The notes below the pieces were generated by a model. It did no database searches. It saw nothing but the letters and a program-made list of their open reading frames with translations, and was not told the DNA's origin. Positions 36,421-45,595 of a DNA stretch of 64,000 nucleotides are shown here, piece by piece; the stretch's first letter is position 1; every line of letters begins with the position of its first letter. Origin of the DNA: a virus (taxonomy: Duplodnaviria > Heunggongvirae > Uroviricota > Caudoviricetes); IMG/VR virus record IMGVR_UViG_3300022750_000190; one strand, 5' to 3'. A program made the translations under genes and the position numbers.

Positions 36421-36927
36421 ATGACACTTGCAATAGAACTTGAAGAAATCAAACAAGCTCACAAAATGGCTGGCTTGAAAGCTATTCAAAATTCTTTGAC
36501 TCCTATTTGCGAGTATCTTTCTGCAAACAAAGAAAAGACTTCTATCAAGGCTGTTTTTATTCGTTTCACTTATGACGAATTGGCAGATTATTATGCCGAT
36601 GCAAAAAGTTCCTATAAATCAGATTTTATTTTCAGTCGTAGCGGAAATCCTAAAGTTTTCAATTTCGTTGAAGGTGGACTTGACTACTCTTTTGAGGAAC
36701 ATGGTTCTGTTGATATCTTCAGTAATTCTTTCTCTAAAGAAGATATCACCTTCATTAAAAACTTATTGTCGGACAAGTCATTCCTAAAATCTATTCATGA
36801 TTTTACTTGTGATAATCTGACTGTTGCAGATGGCGATCTTTTCTCTATTTCTGATGAATCAGTTACTCTCAGCCTGAAATATTGCCCTGCGCCAGAATAT
36901 AAATTTGTTCAACCGGAACGCAATTAA
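36421..36927 (+). CDS. hypothetical protein
   Basis: 168-aa ORF. Confidence 0.75.
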   Translation: MTLAIELEEIKQAHKMAGLKAIQNSLTPICEYLSANKEKTSIKAVFIRFTYDELADYYADAKSSYKSDFIFSRSGNPKVFNFVEGGLDYSFEEHGSVDIFSNSFSKEDITFIKNLLSDKSFLKSIHDFTCDNLTVADGDLFSISDESVTLSLKYCPAPEYKFVQPERN

Positions 36928-36958
36928 ATGTTATTTTATAACCAATAGGTGATCTTGC

Positions 36959-37273
36959 ATGGAAAAAATTTTTTTGGCATCCGATTTTTCAAAACACCCT
37001 TCTGGACGAAATAGCCAAGATGGTCCATATAATGGTCAACTTTTTTGCGAAACCTATCTAATTCCTTCAATAGAAAATAAAAAACCAACAACTATATATT
37101 TGGATGGAACAAGAGGTTATAGTTCCGCCTTCTTGGACGAAGCTTTTGGTGGATTGGCAAAAAAATATCCGCATGAATTAGTTAAAAAATTTATATTTAT
37201 AGATTCTTTTGACAAAAACCTCATTTACAGAATCAATAGATATATTGAAAAAGCTTACGTTAAAGCTTGTTAA
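36959..37273 (+). CDS. STAS-like domain protein (DUF4325)
   Basis: DFSKHPSGR...DGPYNGQ.F, IYLDGTRGYSSAFLDEAFGGL. Confidence 0.8.
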   Translation: MEKIFLASDFSKHPSGRNSQDGPYNGQLFCETYLIPSIENKKPTTIYLDGTRGYSSAFLDEAFGGLAKKYPHELVKKFIFIDSFDKNLIYRINRYIEKAYVKAC

Positions 37274-37336
37274 AATTTTAAATTGATGATATTATAGCCA
37301 ACAGTAAAATTTCTTTACAAGAAGGCTTCGAACACA

Positions 37337-37594
37337 TTGAAGATTAAAAACAAAATAAATGGTCATATAAGGTTCCTTTTTTGGGGAACCTTTTCTATGT
37401 GTATACTTTTGATTTGCACTTTCTTTTCTCACTTCAAAAATGAATATGTCAAACATAAGAAGTTAGGTAACGAAAAACTTCGTAAATTCATTTGTTTTTC
37501 AATTATCACCTTAAATGCACGTTCTTTAATTACATTTTGGAACAAAGCAAAAACCTTAACACCTCAAATATACAAAATTAGCCAACATTATTAA
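37337..37594 (+). CDS. possible small membrane protein
   Basis: 85 aa from a TTG start, two hydrophobic segments. Confidence 0.4.
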   Translation: MKIKNKINGHIRFLFWGTFSMCILLICTFFSHFKNEYVKHKKLGNEKLRKFICFSIITLNARSLITFWNKAKTLTPQIYKISQHY

Positions 37595-37607
37595 AATAGG
37601 AAAAAAC

Positions 37608-38072
37608 ATGCCAATAATTAACGATATGTATGATGTTAGTTTCAAACTGAAATATCCGCTTGGCTATCAGATTCAGCTTGAAACGTGGGAGAACGATGGA
37701 GATAATTATTCTACCCAAACAATCAGTGGCTTAACAAAACCTGATGTGATTTTTTACATTGCCGTTGCAATGATGTTTACAAGTAAAAACAATCGCAAGA
37801 ATGGTGGCGGAATGGGAAACAGTGAGAACCATCCAAGCCATCTTTTACAAGTTATTCAGGAAAAGGTAGAAGAGCATCCAGAAATCTCAGCAGAAACTAA
37901 AGAAATCTGGTTAGAAGCGGATGAAGAGACTATTCACGAACTTCTTGTTGAACATATCCTTGGCGAAACCATAGATTACGAAGATTATGATTGTTTCTGC
38001 CGTGTTTTCGAATCTTTCAAAGTTATTGAAATTCGTGAACCTGTTTTTGACATTACAGATCAATTCAAGTAA
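37608..38072 (+). CDS. hypothetical protein, 4-member paralog family (1)
   Basis: GYQIQLETWEND...GLTK.DV.F...RVFESF.V...DITDQF. Confidence 0.8.
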   Translation: MPIINDMYDVSFKLKYPLGYQIQLETWENDGDNYSTQTISGLTKPDVIFYIAVAMMFTSKNNRKNGGGMGNSENHPSHLLQVIQEKVEEHPEISAETKEIWLEADEETIHELLVEHILGETIDYEDYDCFCRVFESFKVIEIREPVFDITDQFK

Positions 38073-38081
38073 GGAATAGAT

Positions 38082-38816
38082 ATGTCAAATACTATTGCTT
38101 ATATTCAAAATTATATCGGACCTGTTTTCTTTGTTGATAAGAAAACAGTTGAGTATTCGACTATCAACCGAAACATTGAATCTTGTCCTAATATTGAATG
38201 TGAAAAACATCAACAACCTGTTAGTGGACTTCCATTACATTGCACTGAATGTGGAAGTAAGATACAAATGGTTTTATGCGAGAGAAATATAGAAAAAACA
38301 CCATCTTTTTATACTGAAAACTTCTATGGCATGTGTGCAAGTATAAGCAACTCACATGTAAATGGAACCTCTTATTTTATGGACCCATCTGTTAAACTTT
38401 TCAATTCTGATAATGAACTTGCTTATGTTCCAAAACTGAGAGATTCTGAACTAAAGTTCGCTCTCATAGATAACAAAACTATTGGAACTTATTGCGAAAA
38501 CGAAAAATGCAAATTAAAACATCGTTACACTAACAGTGAATACAAACATTGCCCGGAATGCGGAGAAAAAACCTTTGTAAATATAACGCATTCTATCACT
38601 CTTCCCTTAAACGAAGATGAAGCAATTTTTGAACAATCAATAAATGTCAATTACGATAATTTTCAATTAATTCAAAATAGTGATTGGCAGAAATTAGTAA
38701 TTGATTATGCTGAAACAGAAAATTGTAAAAAATTAATCAATATTATTGAAAAAGCATATGGAAAAGATTCTGTTATAGTTAAGCTTGCTTTTGTAAGTTA
38801 CCATACTCACCATTAA
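38082..38816 (+). CDS. double zinc-ribbon protein
   Basis: CPNIEC...CTECG and CENEKC...CPECG. Confidence 0.75.
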   Translation: MSNTIAYIQNYIGPVFFVDKKTVEYSTINRNIESCPNIECEKHQQPVSGLPLHCTECGSKIQMVLCERNIEKTPSFYTENFYGMCASISNSHVNGTSYFMDPSVKLFNSDNELAYVPKLRDSELKFALIDNKTIGTYCENEKCKLKHRYTNSEYKHCPECGEKTFVNITHSITLPLNEDEAIFEQSINVNYDNFQLIQNSDWQKLVIDYAETENCKKLINIIEKAYGKDSVIVKLAFVSYHTHH

Positions 38817-38833
38817 AATAAGAGGTCATACAT

Positions 38834-39253
38834 ATGAATACAATTAAAAAAGGCTATCTGCTTTGGCTGCAACTTAGTGTTGACAATCAATATCAGGAAA
38901 AAATTGTTTCTTGTGAAACGATTGAGGATGTTCGATTTCTTGTAGATGTAGCTTCCTGTTTCAAAGAGACAAGAGGGTCAAAAAAAGGCTTTGGTTGTTC
39001 AGAAGCAAGCGTTGAAGAAATCCTTGAAAAGTATATTCAAGTAAAAGAAAAACATACTAATCTTTCTCCGTCCCTTAAAGAAGAATGGCAAATTGAGCGA
39101 GATAACCAAAATGAATATGCAGTAGACTGCATTACACAACATCTTATTTGTAGTTCTTGGAGTGGAGTCTATTGGGCTTCTTTTGAACGGTATGAAGTTT
39201 TCGAAATACCAGTTGATTTAAAAAATGTAACTAACTCAATTCATAATATTTAA
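38834..39253 (+). CDS. hypothetical protein, 4-member paralog family (2)
   Basis: KKGYLL...DV.FL.DV...FK...YWASFERYEVFE. Confidence 0.8.
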   Translation: MNTIKKGYLLWLQLSVDNQYQEKIVSCETIEDVRFLVDVASCFKETRGSKKGFGCSEASVEEILEKYIQVKEKHTNLSPSLKEEWQIERDNQNEYAVDCITQHLICSSWSGVYWASFERYEVFEIPVDLKNVTNSIHNI

Positions 39254-39268
39254 AAACAGGTAAAAAAA

Positions 39269-39721
39269 ATGAAAAACAAAAGCTCTCAACAATATTATCA
39301 GCTTCATATCAAAAGTCTTGATCTTAATGGTCAAAGACAATCGACTAAAATAGTTGATAATTTAACTAAATACGATGTTCTTTTTTTAATCGACGTTTCA
39401 TCTTTATTTAAAAATGAAACTGGCTTGGGCGGTCTATCTGTTAATGACAAATCAATTATTCATATTTTCAAAGAAACGAAGAACAAACATTCTGAAATAT
39501 CAGAAGACATTGATTCAATTTGGGCATTAGCAGAAAAACCTGAAAACATTGATTACAACTTTGAAGATGACTTATTAAATAATATTTCAGATAATGTATG
39601 CGAATACCTTTTGGACTATTCTGGACTGGATAATAACTATTATCGTTTATTCGATAGTTATCAGGTTTATGAAATGCCAAGAGAGTTAGTAGATGTAACC
39701 GAAAAATTCAAAAATAAATAA
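39269..39721 (+). CDS. hypothetical protein, 4-member paralog family (3)
   Basis: YQLHIKS...LTK.DV.FLIDV...YYRLFDSYQVYE. Confidence 0.8.
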   Translation: MKNKSSQQYYQLHIKSLDLNGQRQSTKIVDNLTKYDVLFLIDVSSLFKNETGLGGLSVNDKSIIHIFKETKNKHSEISEDIDSIWALAEKPENIDYNFEDDLLNNISDNVCEYLLDYSGLDNNYYRLFDSYQVYEMPRELVDVTEKFKNK

Positions 39722-39749
39722 TTGTTTTTTAATCCAAAAGGATAAACAA

Positions 39750-40208
39750 ATGACTACTACAAATATTAAAAAAGGTTATCAACTCCATGTCAAAAGTTGG
39801 GAGAATGATGCTGACCATCGCAAAACTCATATCATTAATGGGTTATCGAAAGAAGACGTATCTTTTTTAATCGATCTTTTTTCTTACTTCAAAAGAGATA
39901 AGTTTGGTAACTCATCCACAGCAAAAGGCGATGTACTTAAAGCTTACCTTACCGTCAAAGAAAAACATCCAAAAGTTTCACGCGAATTTAAAGAGTCTTG
40001 GTTCTTGGATGAAGAGGAAGATGAAATAGAGGATAATGAATCTTACGGAAAAGAAGATTATACAGAAGATTTCGTTGTTGATATGCTTTATGAAAATGGT
40101 ATCGGAAAGTCATACGAAGGTCGTTATTGGAGAGTCTTTGACGGATATGAAGTTTTTTTCTTTCCAGAAGAAATTCACAATGTTACCTCAAAATTCAGGA
40201 AGTTCTGA
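39750..40208 (+). CDS. hypothetical protein, 4-member paralog family (4)
   Basis: KKGYQLHVKSWEND...GLSKEDV.FLIDL...YWRVFDGYEVF. Confidence 0.8.
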   Translation: MTTTNIKKGYQLHVKSWENDADHRKTHIINGLSKEDVSFLIDLFSYFKRDKFGNSSTAKGDVLKAYLTVKEKHPKVSREFKESWFLDEEEDEIEDNESYGKEDYTEDFVVDMLYENGIGKSYEGRYWRVFDGYEVFFFPEEIHNVTSKFRKF

Positions 40209-40294
40209 CAACTGCATCAGGTTTAAAATAGTGTTGATACCTTTTTTTAAACCTGATATAATCCTTAGAATTCAACTATCAGAGTCTATCAAAA

Positions 40295-40636
40295 ATGTTC
40301 GATAAAAGCGCCGTCCAAAAAGAATGGTTCTGCAATAAAAATTCTTACAATGCTTTTTTGTATGCAATGGACATTGCTGAAAAGCTTGAAAATCTTCGGC
40401 TAAAAGGCGCAATGATTTTCGAAGGCAATGACTTGCTACCTAATGATGGTAAATGGGTTGTTAATCTCGAACCAGAAGAACCTTATGTTGGGTTTTTGCA
40501 TGACCACTGCACACAAGGTTATGCCGGAATGTGCTGGGATGACAGTGAAAAGACATGGGTTACAAAAAAAGAAGTCAAGGAAGCATTCAAAAACATTCGT
40601 TATATCATTCCTCAAAAAATCCACAAAGTTGTCTAA
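40295..40636 (+). CDS. hypothetical protein
   Basis: 113-aa ORF. Confidence 0.75.
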   Translation: MFDKSAVQKEWFCNKNSYNAFLYAMDIAEKLENLRLKGAMIFEGNDLLPNDGKWVVNLEPEEPYVGFLHDHCTQGYAGMCWDDSEKTWVTKKEVKEAFKNIRYIIPQKIHKVV

Positions 40637-40664
40637 CCTTTCGTCCATGATAGTAAAAAGCCAC

Positions 40665-40693
40665 TTGATATTTTAGGGTGGCTTTGCTATAAT
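40665..40693 (+). promoter_or_regulatory. sigma70 promoter embedded in a GCCAC hairpin
   Basis: TTGATA-17 nt-TATAAT with the -35 in the loop of AAGCCAC...GTGGCTT. Confidence 0.7.
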
Positions 40694-40719
40694 GACCCTA
40701 TCGAAACAGGAACAAAAAG

Positions 40720-40779
40720 ATGTTTTCCGTTTTTGATTATCAGTCTGAATCGCCTGATTTCAAATGCCTTCTTGACTGA
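40720..40779 (+). CDS. candidate 19-aa micropeptide
   Basis: AGGA RBS, ATG 40720, MFSVFDYQSESPDFKCLLD, TGA; has its own promoter. Confidence 0.45.
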   Translation: MFSVFDYQSESPDFKCLLD

Positions 40780-40842
40780 AAGATTTTATTTGAATTAAAC
40801 AAAAATTGTATAATATTCTATATAAATTTAAGGTAAGAAATC

Positions 40843-41256
40843 ATGAAACTAGATGATATTAAAATCGGTCAAGAAATTCACGAAGTCAATGTAATTTGGA
40901 CTGCACGTAAAGTTCCGTGCATCAAAAACATCACTCATTACAGTATCGTTTCTCTTCCAAGCACAAAAGACCGCAACACTGAAAAAACTGTCAACGTTAT
41001 CGAAGAAGGTAGCGCAGAAACAATTGAAAAAAATCTTTATAGTAAAAATGTTTTCCCAAATAATTACAACTTGGATCGTTGGTTCAAAACTCGTGAAGAA
41101 GCTCTCGCTTATGCTACTCGCATTAGTGAAGGCAACCTTACTTACAATGAAAAACTCATTGTCGAAGACTCCAATGTTTCCCCAATCAACAGCAAAACAA
41201 TCAGTTCAAAAATCAGTTTTGCTGAGCGTTTCAAATCTGCACTAAGCTTCGGTTAA
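40843..41256 (+). CDS. hypothetical protein
   Basis: 137-aa ORF. Confidence 0.75.
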   Translation: MKLDDIKIGQEIHEVNVIWTARKVPCIKNITHYSIVSLPSTKDRNTEKTVNVIEEGSAETIEKNLYSKNVFPNNYNLDRWFKTREEALAYATRISEGNLTYNEKLIVEDSNVSPINSKTISSKISFAERFKSALSFG

Positions 41257-41288
41257 TCGAAGCTTTTTACTTTCTAGAGGATTTAATC

Positions 41289-41498
41289 ATGTCAGCAGAA
41301 TACAGAACACCAGAAGGTCATCTTTCACAAGGATATCCATGTGCCCGTTGTGGTAAAACAAGCAATATGTATGGCACTGGTCATGGTGAAGGTAAATGCG
41401 AACGCAATAAATCACTTACAGACGCCATCAATAAAGCTAATCCACCAGAAGGCGTAAAGCCTGTTTATCGTAAAACCGCTGTTATTTCGGGTAATTAA
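41289..41498 (+). CDS. small zinc-finger-like protein
   Basis: CARC...H....C; GAGGA RBS. Confidence 0.7.
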   Translation: MSAEYRTPEGHLSQGYPCARCGKTSNMYGTGHGEGKCERNKSLTDAINKANPPEGVKPVYRKTAVISGN

Positions 41499-41500
41499 TT

Positions 41501-41887
41501 ATGTCTACTGAACGCCAAGCAATGCTGATTTATGGCTGGACCGGTAGTCACTACTCTATCGGTCTTATTCTTTCAGCCTTTGCTGAAAAACATGGCATTG
41601 AAGAAAATACCGAAGAACTTGTTTATGAAATCGGTGAATGCTACGCAGAATTATTTAATCGCAATATCAAGAAAGGTCAATGCGACCTTGAAATTGAACT
41701 TCGTCATGGTCAAGACAATGATGAAGATGGTATGAGTTATTTTGGTCTCGCATGTGATGAATTGCAGGATCTTTCATTTGATGAAATCATGACTGTTCAA
41801 AAAATCATGAAAGAATCTTTTGATAAAACCATGCAAGGTATAGAACACGAAGAACCAAAATTCTCAAATATCGTTTCTTGGTATTAA
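41501..41887 (+). CDS. acidic hypothetical protein, paralog of 41914
   Basis: LIYGWTGS...IELRHG...YFGLA...EPKF. Confidence 0.8.
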   Translation: MSTERQAMLIYGWTGSHYSIGLILSAFAEKHGIEENTEELVYEIGECYAELFNRNIKKGQCDLEIELRHGQDNDEDGMSYFGLACDELQDLSFDEIMTVQKIMKESFDKTMQGIEHEEPKFSNIVSWY

Positions 41888-41913
41888 TTTTTCTCATATT
41901 TAAGGAAATCTCC

Positions 41914-42294
41914 ATGTCTTATAATGTTATGCCAATTCTTTTGTACGGTTGGACAGGAAGTCAAGAATATATCGGTACTTGTGCAAAGTCTTTTGGTGAA
42001 AAGCACAATATTGATTGTGATGTGAGTTTGCTCTGCCGCGAAATCGAAATTGATTTTTCAAACTATTTTCAAAGCCATATCAAAACAAAAAATATGCGAA
42101 TCGAATTGTCACATGGCGATGACTATTGTGATAATGAAAAATACTATTTTGGCATTGCTTTGTACTATATTGAAAATGTTTCTCACAAAGATATGCAAAT
42201 TATTCAAGATGATATTGTTCAAGCATTTGAGAAAGCAATGGAAGGTCTTGAATATCCAGAACCAACATTTAACACTGTTGTCTATTGGTCTTAA
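41914..42294 (+). CDS. acidic hypothetical protein, paralog of 41501
   Basis: LLYGWTGS...IELSHG...YFGIA...EPTF; AAGGA RBS. Confidence 0.8.
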   Translation: MSYNVMPILLYGWTGSQEYIGTCAKSFGEKHNIDCDVSLLCREIEIDFSNYFQSHIKTKNMRIELSHGDDYCDNEKYYFGIALYYIENVSHKDMQIIQDDIVQAFEKAMEGLEYPEPTFNTVVYWS

Positions 42295-42386
42295 AAGCAA
42301 TATTTCTCAAAATTATCAAAATGTTTGCCTTCTAGGTCTTGCTGTGTTAATATTAACTCATCAAAACAGACCTAGGAGTCATCAAA

Positions 42387-43031
42387 ATGTCAGCTAAAAT
42401 TGAATTGCATACAACAAGCAAACAGATCCGCGATATTATCGGTGGAGCAATGTATGTAGTCTGCGAACCTCGCATTTTTGCTTACATGGAAGAATTCTGC
42501 CCTCAATACAGTCACGGTTCTTGGCAATTCGCATCTATCAATGGTGCCCCGTTCATGTATCCAAAATTTGGTACAGAAACAGTCACCCTTTCCAATCCAA
42601 ATAACTATTCTGAAAACGAAGTATCACCAGAAGCCGCTGGTTTTGCTATTTGCACTATGGTTTTCAACCATTTGGCGCATCGTTATCAATCAGAAGCACT
42701 GAATAAAAATTGGGAAATGCTTATGGAGAACATTGAACACATGCCGTTCTCTTCTGAAATCTTAGCGTTTCTCGATAAAAATATGAACTTGAATCCTTGG
42801 AGAGAAGTTGAGTATATCGAACACACTACTGGTAGTCGTGGTGGCGAAGTATGGCTATTAACTCTCTCTTGTGGACATCATAAAGCAGTTCCAATTCCAA
42901 AATCAAGACCCGAATTTATTTTGGTGACTTCATTTAAAGAAAGAACGAGAAGAAATCGAAAAAAGGCGGCTCCATATAAAGTTCGTTGCATTATTTGCAG
43001 AATAATTTCTGAAAGTGAGGTTAATAAGTAA
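42387..43031 (+). CDS. ArdB/KlcA-family antirestriction domain fused to a Cys/His module
   Basis: FAYMEEFCPQYSHGSWQF...FMYP...VSPEAAG...ILAFLD, then WLLTLSCGH...RCIIC. Confidence 0.7.
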   Translation: MSAKIELHTTSKQIRDIIGGAMYVVCEPRIFAYMEEFCPQYSHGSWQFASINGAPFMYPKFGTETVTLSNPNNYSENEVSPEAAGFAICTMVFNHLAHRYQSEALNKNWEMLMENIEHMPFSSEILAFLDKNMNLNPWREVEYIEHTTGSRGGEVWLLTLSCGHHKAVPIPKSRPEFILVTSFKERTRRNRKKAAPYKVRCIICRIISESEVNK

Positions 43032-43032
43032 T

Positions 43033-43368
43033 ATGATTAATTTTATAATTGTCGCATGTTTTGTTTTAAGCTTTTTGAGTGGATATTACATTTGCTATAC
43101 CCGAAACCACAAAAACAAAAAATCTGAAATGGATGACAATAAAATTGACCTGCCCATCACAACAGAAGCGATAAAAGAAATACCAGATGGTGACAGACCT
43201 ATTCGTATTATTCTAAAGCAGCGCATTGTTTGGAAAAACATTCCAAGAGAAACAAAGCCTACTCAAACCGCAGATGAACTTATGGCAAAAATGAATGCCC
43301 GCAGTCGTGCCATTTTGAGTGGCGATTATTCCGTTATCGAATCAACATGGAAAATGAATTCTTATTAA
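43033..43368 (+). CDS. membrane-anchored hypothetical protein
   Basis: N-terminal TM helix. Confidence 0.7.
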   Translation: MINFIIVACFVLSFLSGYYICYTRNHKNKKSEMDDNKIDLPITTEAIKEIPDGDRPIRIILKQRIVWKNIPRETKPTQTADELMAKMNARSRAILSGDYSVIESTWKMNSY

Positions 43369-44063
43369 TTCAAGTCAAACAACAAGAACTCAGTTTCTAT
43401 CATTGCTTTAATATTTACAATTTCAGGAGTCGTTAAAATTATTGCGTCTCCTGAATGCAACACTTCATTATTCACTTGAAGTTCTCCTTTTGCGACATGA
43501 ATATAAACATTTCTTTTTTCCTCGACTAAATAATTAGTCTTCTCACCTTCTTCTAAAATACTTGCAAATACTGACACGTCTTGAAGTATTTTCATTGAGT
43601 TACGACTTCCATCCTGCGAAATAATCAATCTCAATTGGTTTAACTTCTCATCTCTTGTGAAATGCTGTTGCTGATACAACGGTTCCGTACCATTTTCAGA
43701 TGGTAACACCCATATTTGTAGCAAATGAACCTTATCGCTTTCAGAAGCGTTTATTTCGCTATGTTGCACACCTTTCCCTGTACTCATTAATTGCACATCA
43801 CCAGCTTTAATAATAGCTTGGTTTCCTAAAGTATCTTCATGTTTTAAAGCACCTTCTAATACATAAGTGAATATTTCCATATTCTTATGAGGATGAATCC
43901 CAAACCCATAAGAAGGCGCGATTACATCATCATTGATTACTCTCAAATCGGAGAAACCCATTTCTTCTGGATTATAATAATTAGCAAACGAAAATGAATG
44001 ATAACTTTTCAACCATCCGTGGTCAGCATATCCTCTATCGGTAGAACGTTTAATTTTAATCAT
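43365..44063 (-). CDS. yhhW: Pirin family protein (YhhW-like)
   Basis: RGYADHGWL.SYHSFSFA.YY, GF..HPH.NMEI.TYV.EG...H.D, QHSE.N metal ligands. Confidence 0.93.
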   Translation of the reverse strand: MIKIKRSTDRGYADHGWLKSYHSFSFANYYNPEEMGFSDLRVINDDVIAPSYGFGIHPHKNMEIFTYVLEGALKHEDTLGNQAIIKAGDVQLMSTGKGVQHSEINASESDKVHLLQIWVLPSENGTEPLYQQQHFTRDEKLNQLRLIISQDGSRNSMKILQDVSVFASILEEGEKTNYLVEEKRNVYIHVAKGELQVNNEVLHSGDAIILTTPEIVNIKAMIETEFLLFDLN

Positions 44064-44225
44064 AATATTTCTCCTTTTCTGTCCTAATACTATACAACAA
44101 AGAAATCTATTTCTCTCATCATCCTTATCAATTCCAACTATAGGTCAAATTAGATACCTTGCAAAAACAACTAAAATGCTTTATAATATTCAATTAAAAT
44201 ATCAATAATCATAAGAGATCCAAAT

Positions 44226-44429
44226 ATGTCAGAACAGGAAAACAAAGAAACGGCTATCACCCTTTTGCCTTGTCCATTTTGTGGTGGCGAAGCAGAAATA
44301 GAACGTTATGGCACTGGTCGCTACTCTACAATCTACCGATGCACAGAATGCTCCTGCATTCTTGAAACAGGTGAAACATTCAATCATGGCGGACGCTGGA
44401 ATGATCGCTTTAAACCACAAAACGATTGA
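44226..44429 (+). CDS. lar: Lar family restriction alleviation protein
   Basis: LLPCPFCGGEA...CTEC...WN.R. Confidence 0.75.
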   Translation: MSEQENKETAITLLPCPFCGGEAEIERYGTGRYSTIYRCTECSCILETGETFNHGGRWNDRFKPQND

Positions 44430-44486
44430 AAAAAGCATGAAACTGATGTATAATTGCCTATCTTATGAACAAACAGGAACAATGAC

Positions 44487-44876
44487 ATGACAGTTTTGAT
44501 TGTAGACGGTGATACCCTCATTATGCAGGAACTTCGGGTTTTCAAAGACCACATGTATGATGGTGCCGAAGTTGTCGAACTTATTTCTGGCATCGAATGC
44601 CTGAATTTCCTTCTTGAACAAGTTGAAGAAATCAGCGAAGACACTGTAATGTTCGTTGAAGCTGCTGTTTTTGAAGCAGACATGCGTATCAAACTTATGG
44701 TCGAAAAAGAACGTACAGAACAAAAAGAAATGCATGAGAAAATCTCTCGTTGCGTTAGGATTTTTGGACGACAACTCGAAGAAATCCAAAGAAAGTTCCG
44801 TTCTCCACTGCTTGCAGAAGAAGTTATGGAAATTGTTCAAAAACGTATTCATGCACGAATGGATAAAAATTCATGA
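44487..44876 (+). CDS. hypothetical protein
   Basis: 129 aa, acidic, coiled coil. Confidence 0.7.
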   Translation: MTVLIVDGDTLIMQELRVFKDHMYDGAEVVELISGIECLNFLLEQVEEISEDTVMFVEAAVFEADMRIKLMVEKERTEQKEMHEKISRCVRIFGRQLEEIQRKFRSPLLAEEVMEIVQKRIHARMDKNS

Positions 44877-45214
44877 AAAATTCTGAAATTTTAAATAAAT
44901 TGAAAATCAATCACGACGAATTATGCGCTTTTTTTACCAAATCGGAACATTCAACATTAAAAGGCGACATTAAGAAAATTCAAGGCTTGATTTCGAATAT
45001 GCATCATATGGTTTCGAATGACAAGATTCACCCCAAAAACAACAATGTCATAGAATCCTTCTTTAAAGCGAGTCATTCTCTTCTCGAAAACTATCATAAT
45101 CGTCAGAATTTAGCATATGACTATTCAATCGAGGCAAATAACAAGAAGATGAATAGTATGAAACAAACTCTTCAAGATTTATCTTCTTTCGAATCATTCT
45201 TGAAAGCTATTTGA
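44873..45214 (+). CDS. hypothetical protein
   Basis: ATGA overlap. Confidence 0.7.
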   Translation: MKNSEILNKLKINHDELCAFFTKSEHSTLKGDIKKIQGLISNMHHMVSNDKIHPKNNNVIESFFKASHSLLENYHNRQNLAYDYSIEANNKKMNSMKQTLQDLSSFESFLKAI

Positions 45215-45231
45215 AACTAGGAGTAGAAATA

Positions 45232-45546
45232 ATGCAAACTTACGAAATTATCCAATATAGTGCTATTTCCATTGGATTGAAAGGTAAATGGACTGAGAAC
45301 ACCTATCATGTCGAAAAAGATGGCAAAAAGGTAGTTTGGAATCCTCTTGAAAGCGATAGTGATGCACTTCTTCTTTTGATGGAAAAGGATATTCACATCT
45401 ATACTATGATAAAAGGAGAAAGGGCTATCGGATTTTTCTGTGGAGACTTCAAAGTTATCTTCAAAACTGATTTGCAAAAGCCTATCAAATATCGTGAACT
45501 GATTGCAACAGTTGCTGCCTCATATTCATACCGCGAAAACGATTGA
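45232..45546 (+). CDS. hypothetical protein
   Basis: AGGAG RBS; WNPLESDSDA motif. Confidence 0.7.
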   Translation: MQTYEIIQYSAISIGLKGKWTENTYHVEKDGKKVVWNPLESDSDALLLLMEKDIHIYTMIKGERAIGFFCGDFKVIFKTDLQKPIKYRELIATVAASYSYREND

Positions 45547-45595
45547 CTTTTTAGCTTAAAAACTTTATAATTGCCCAAATTACGGAGCTTTCCTT

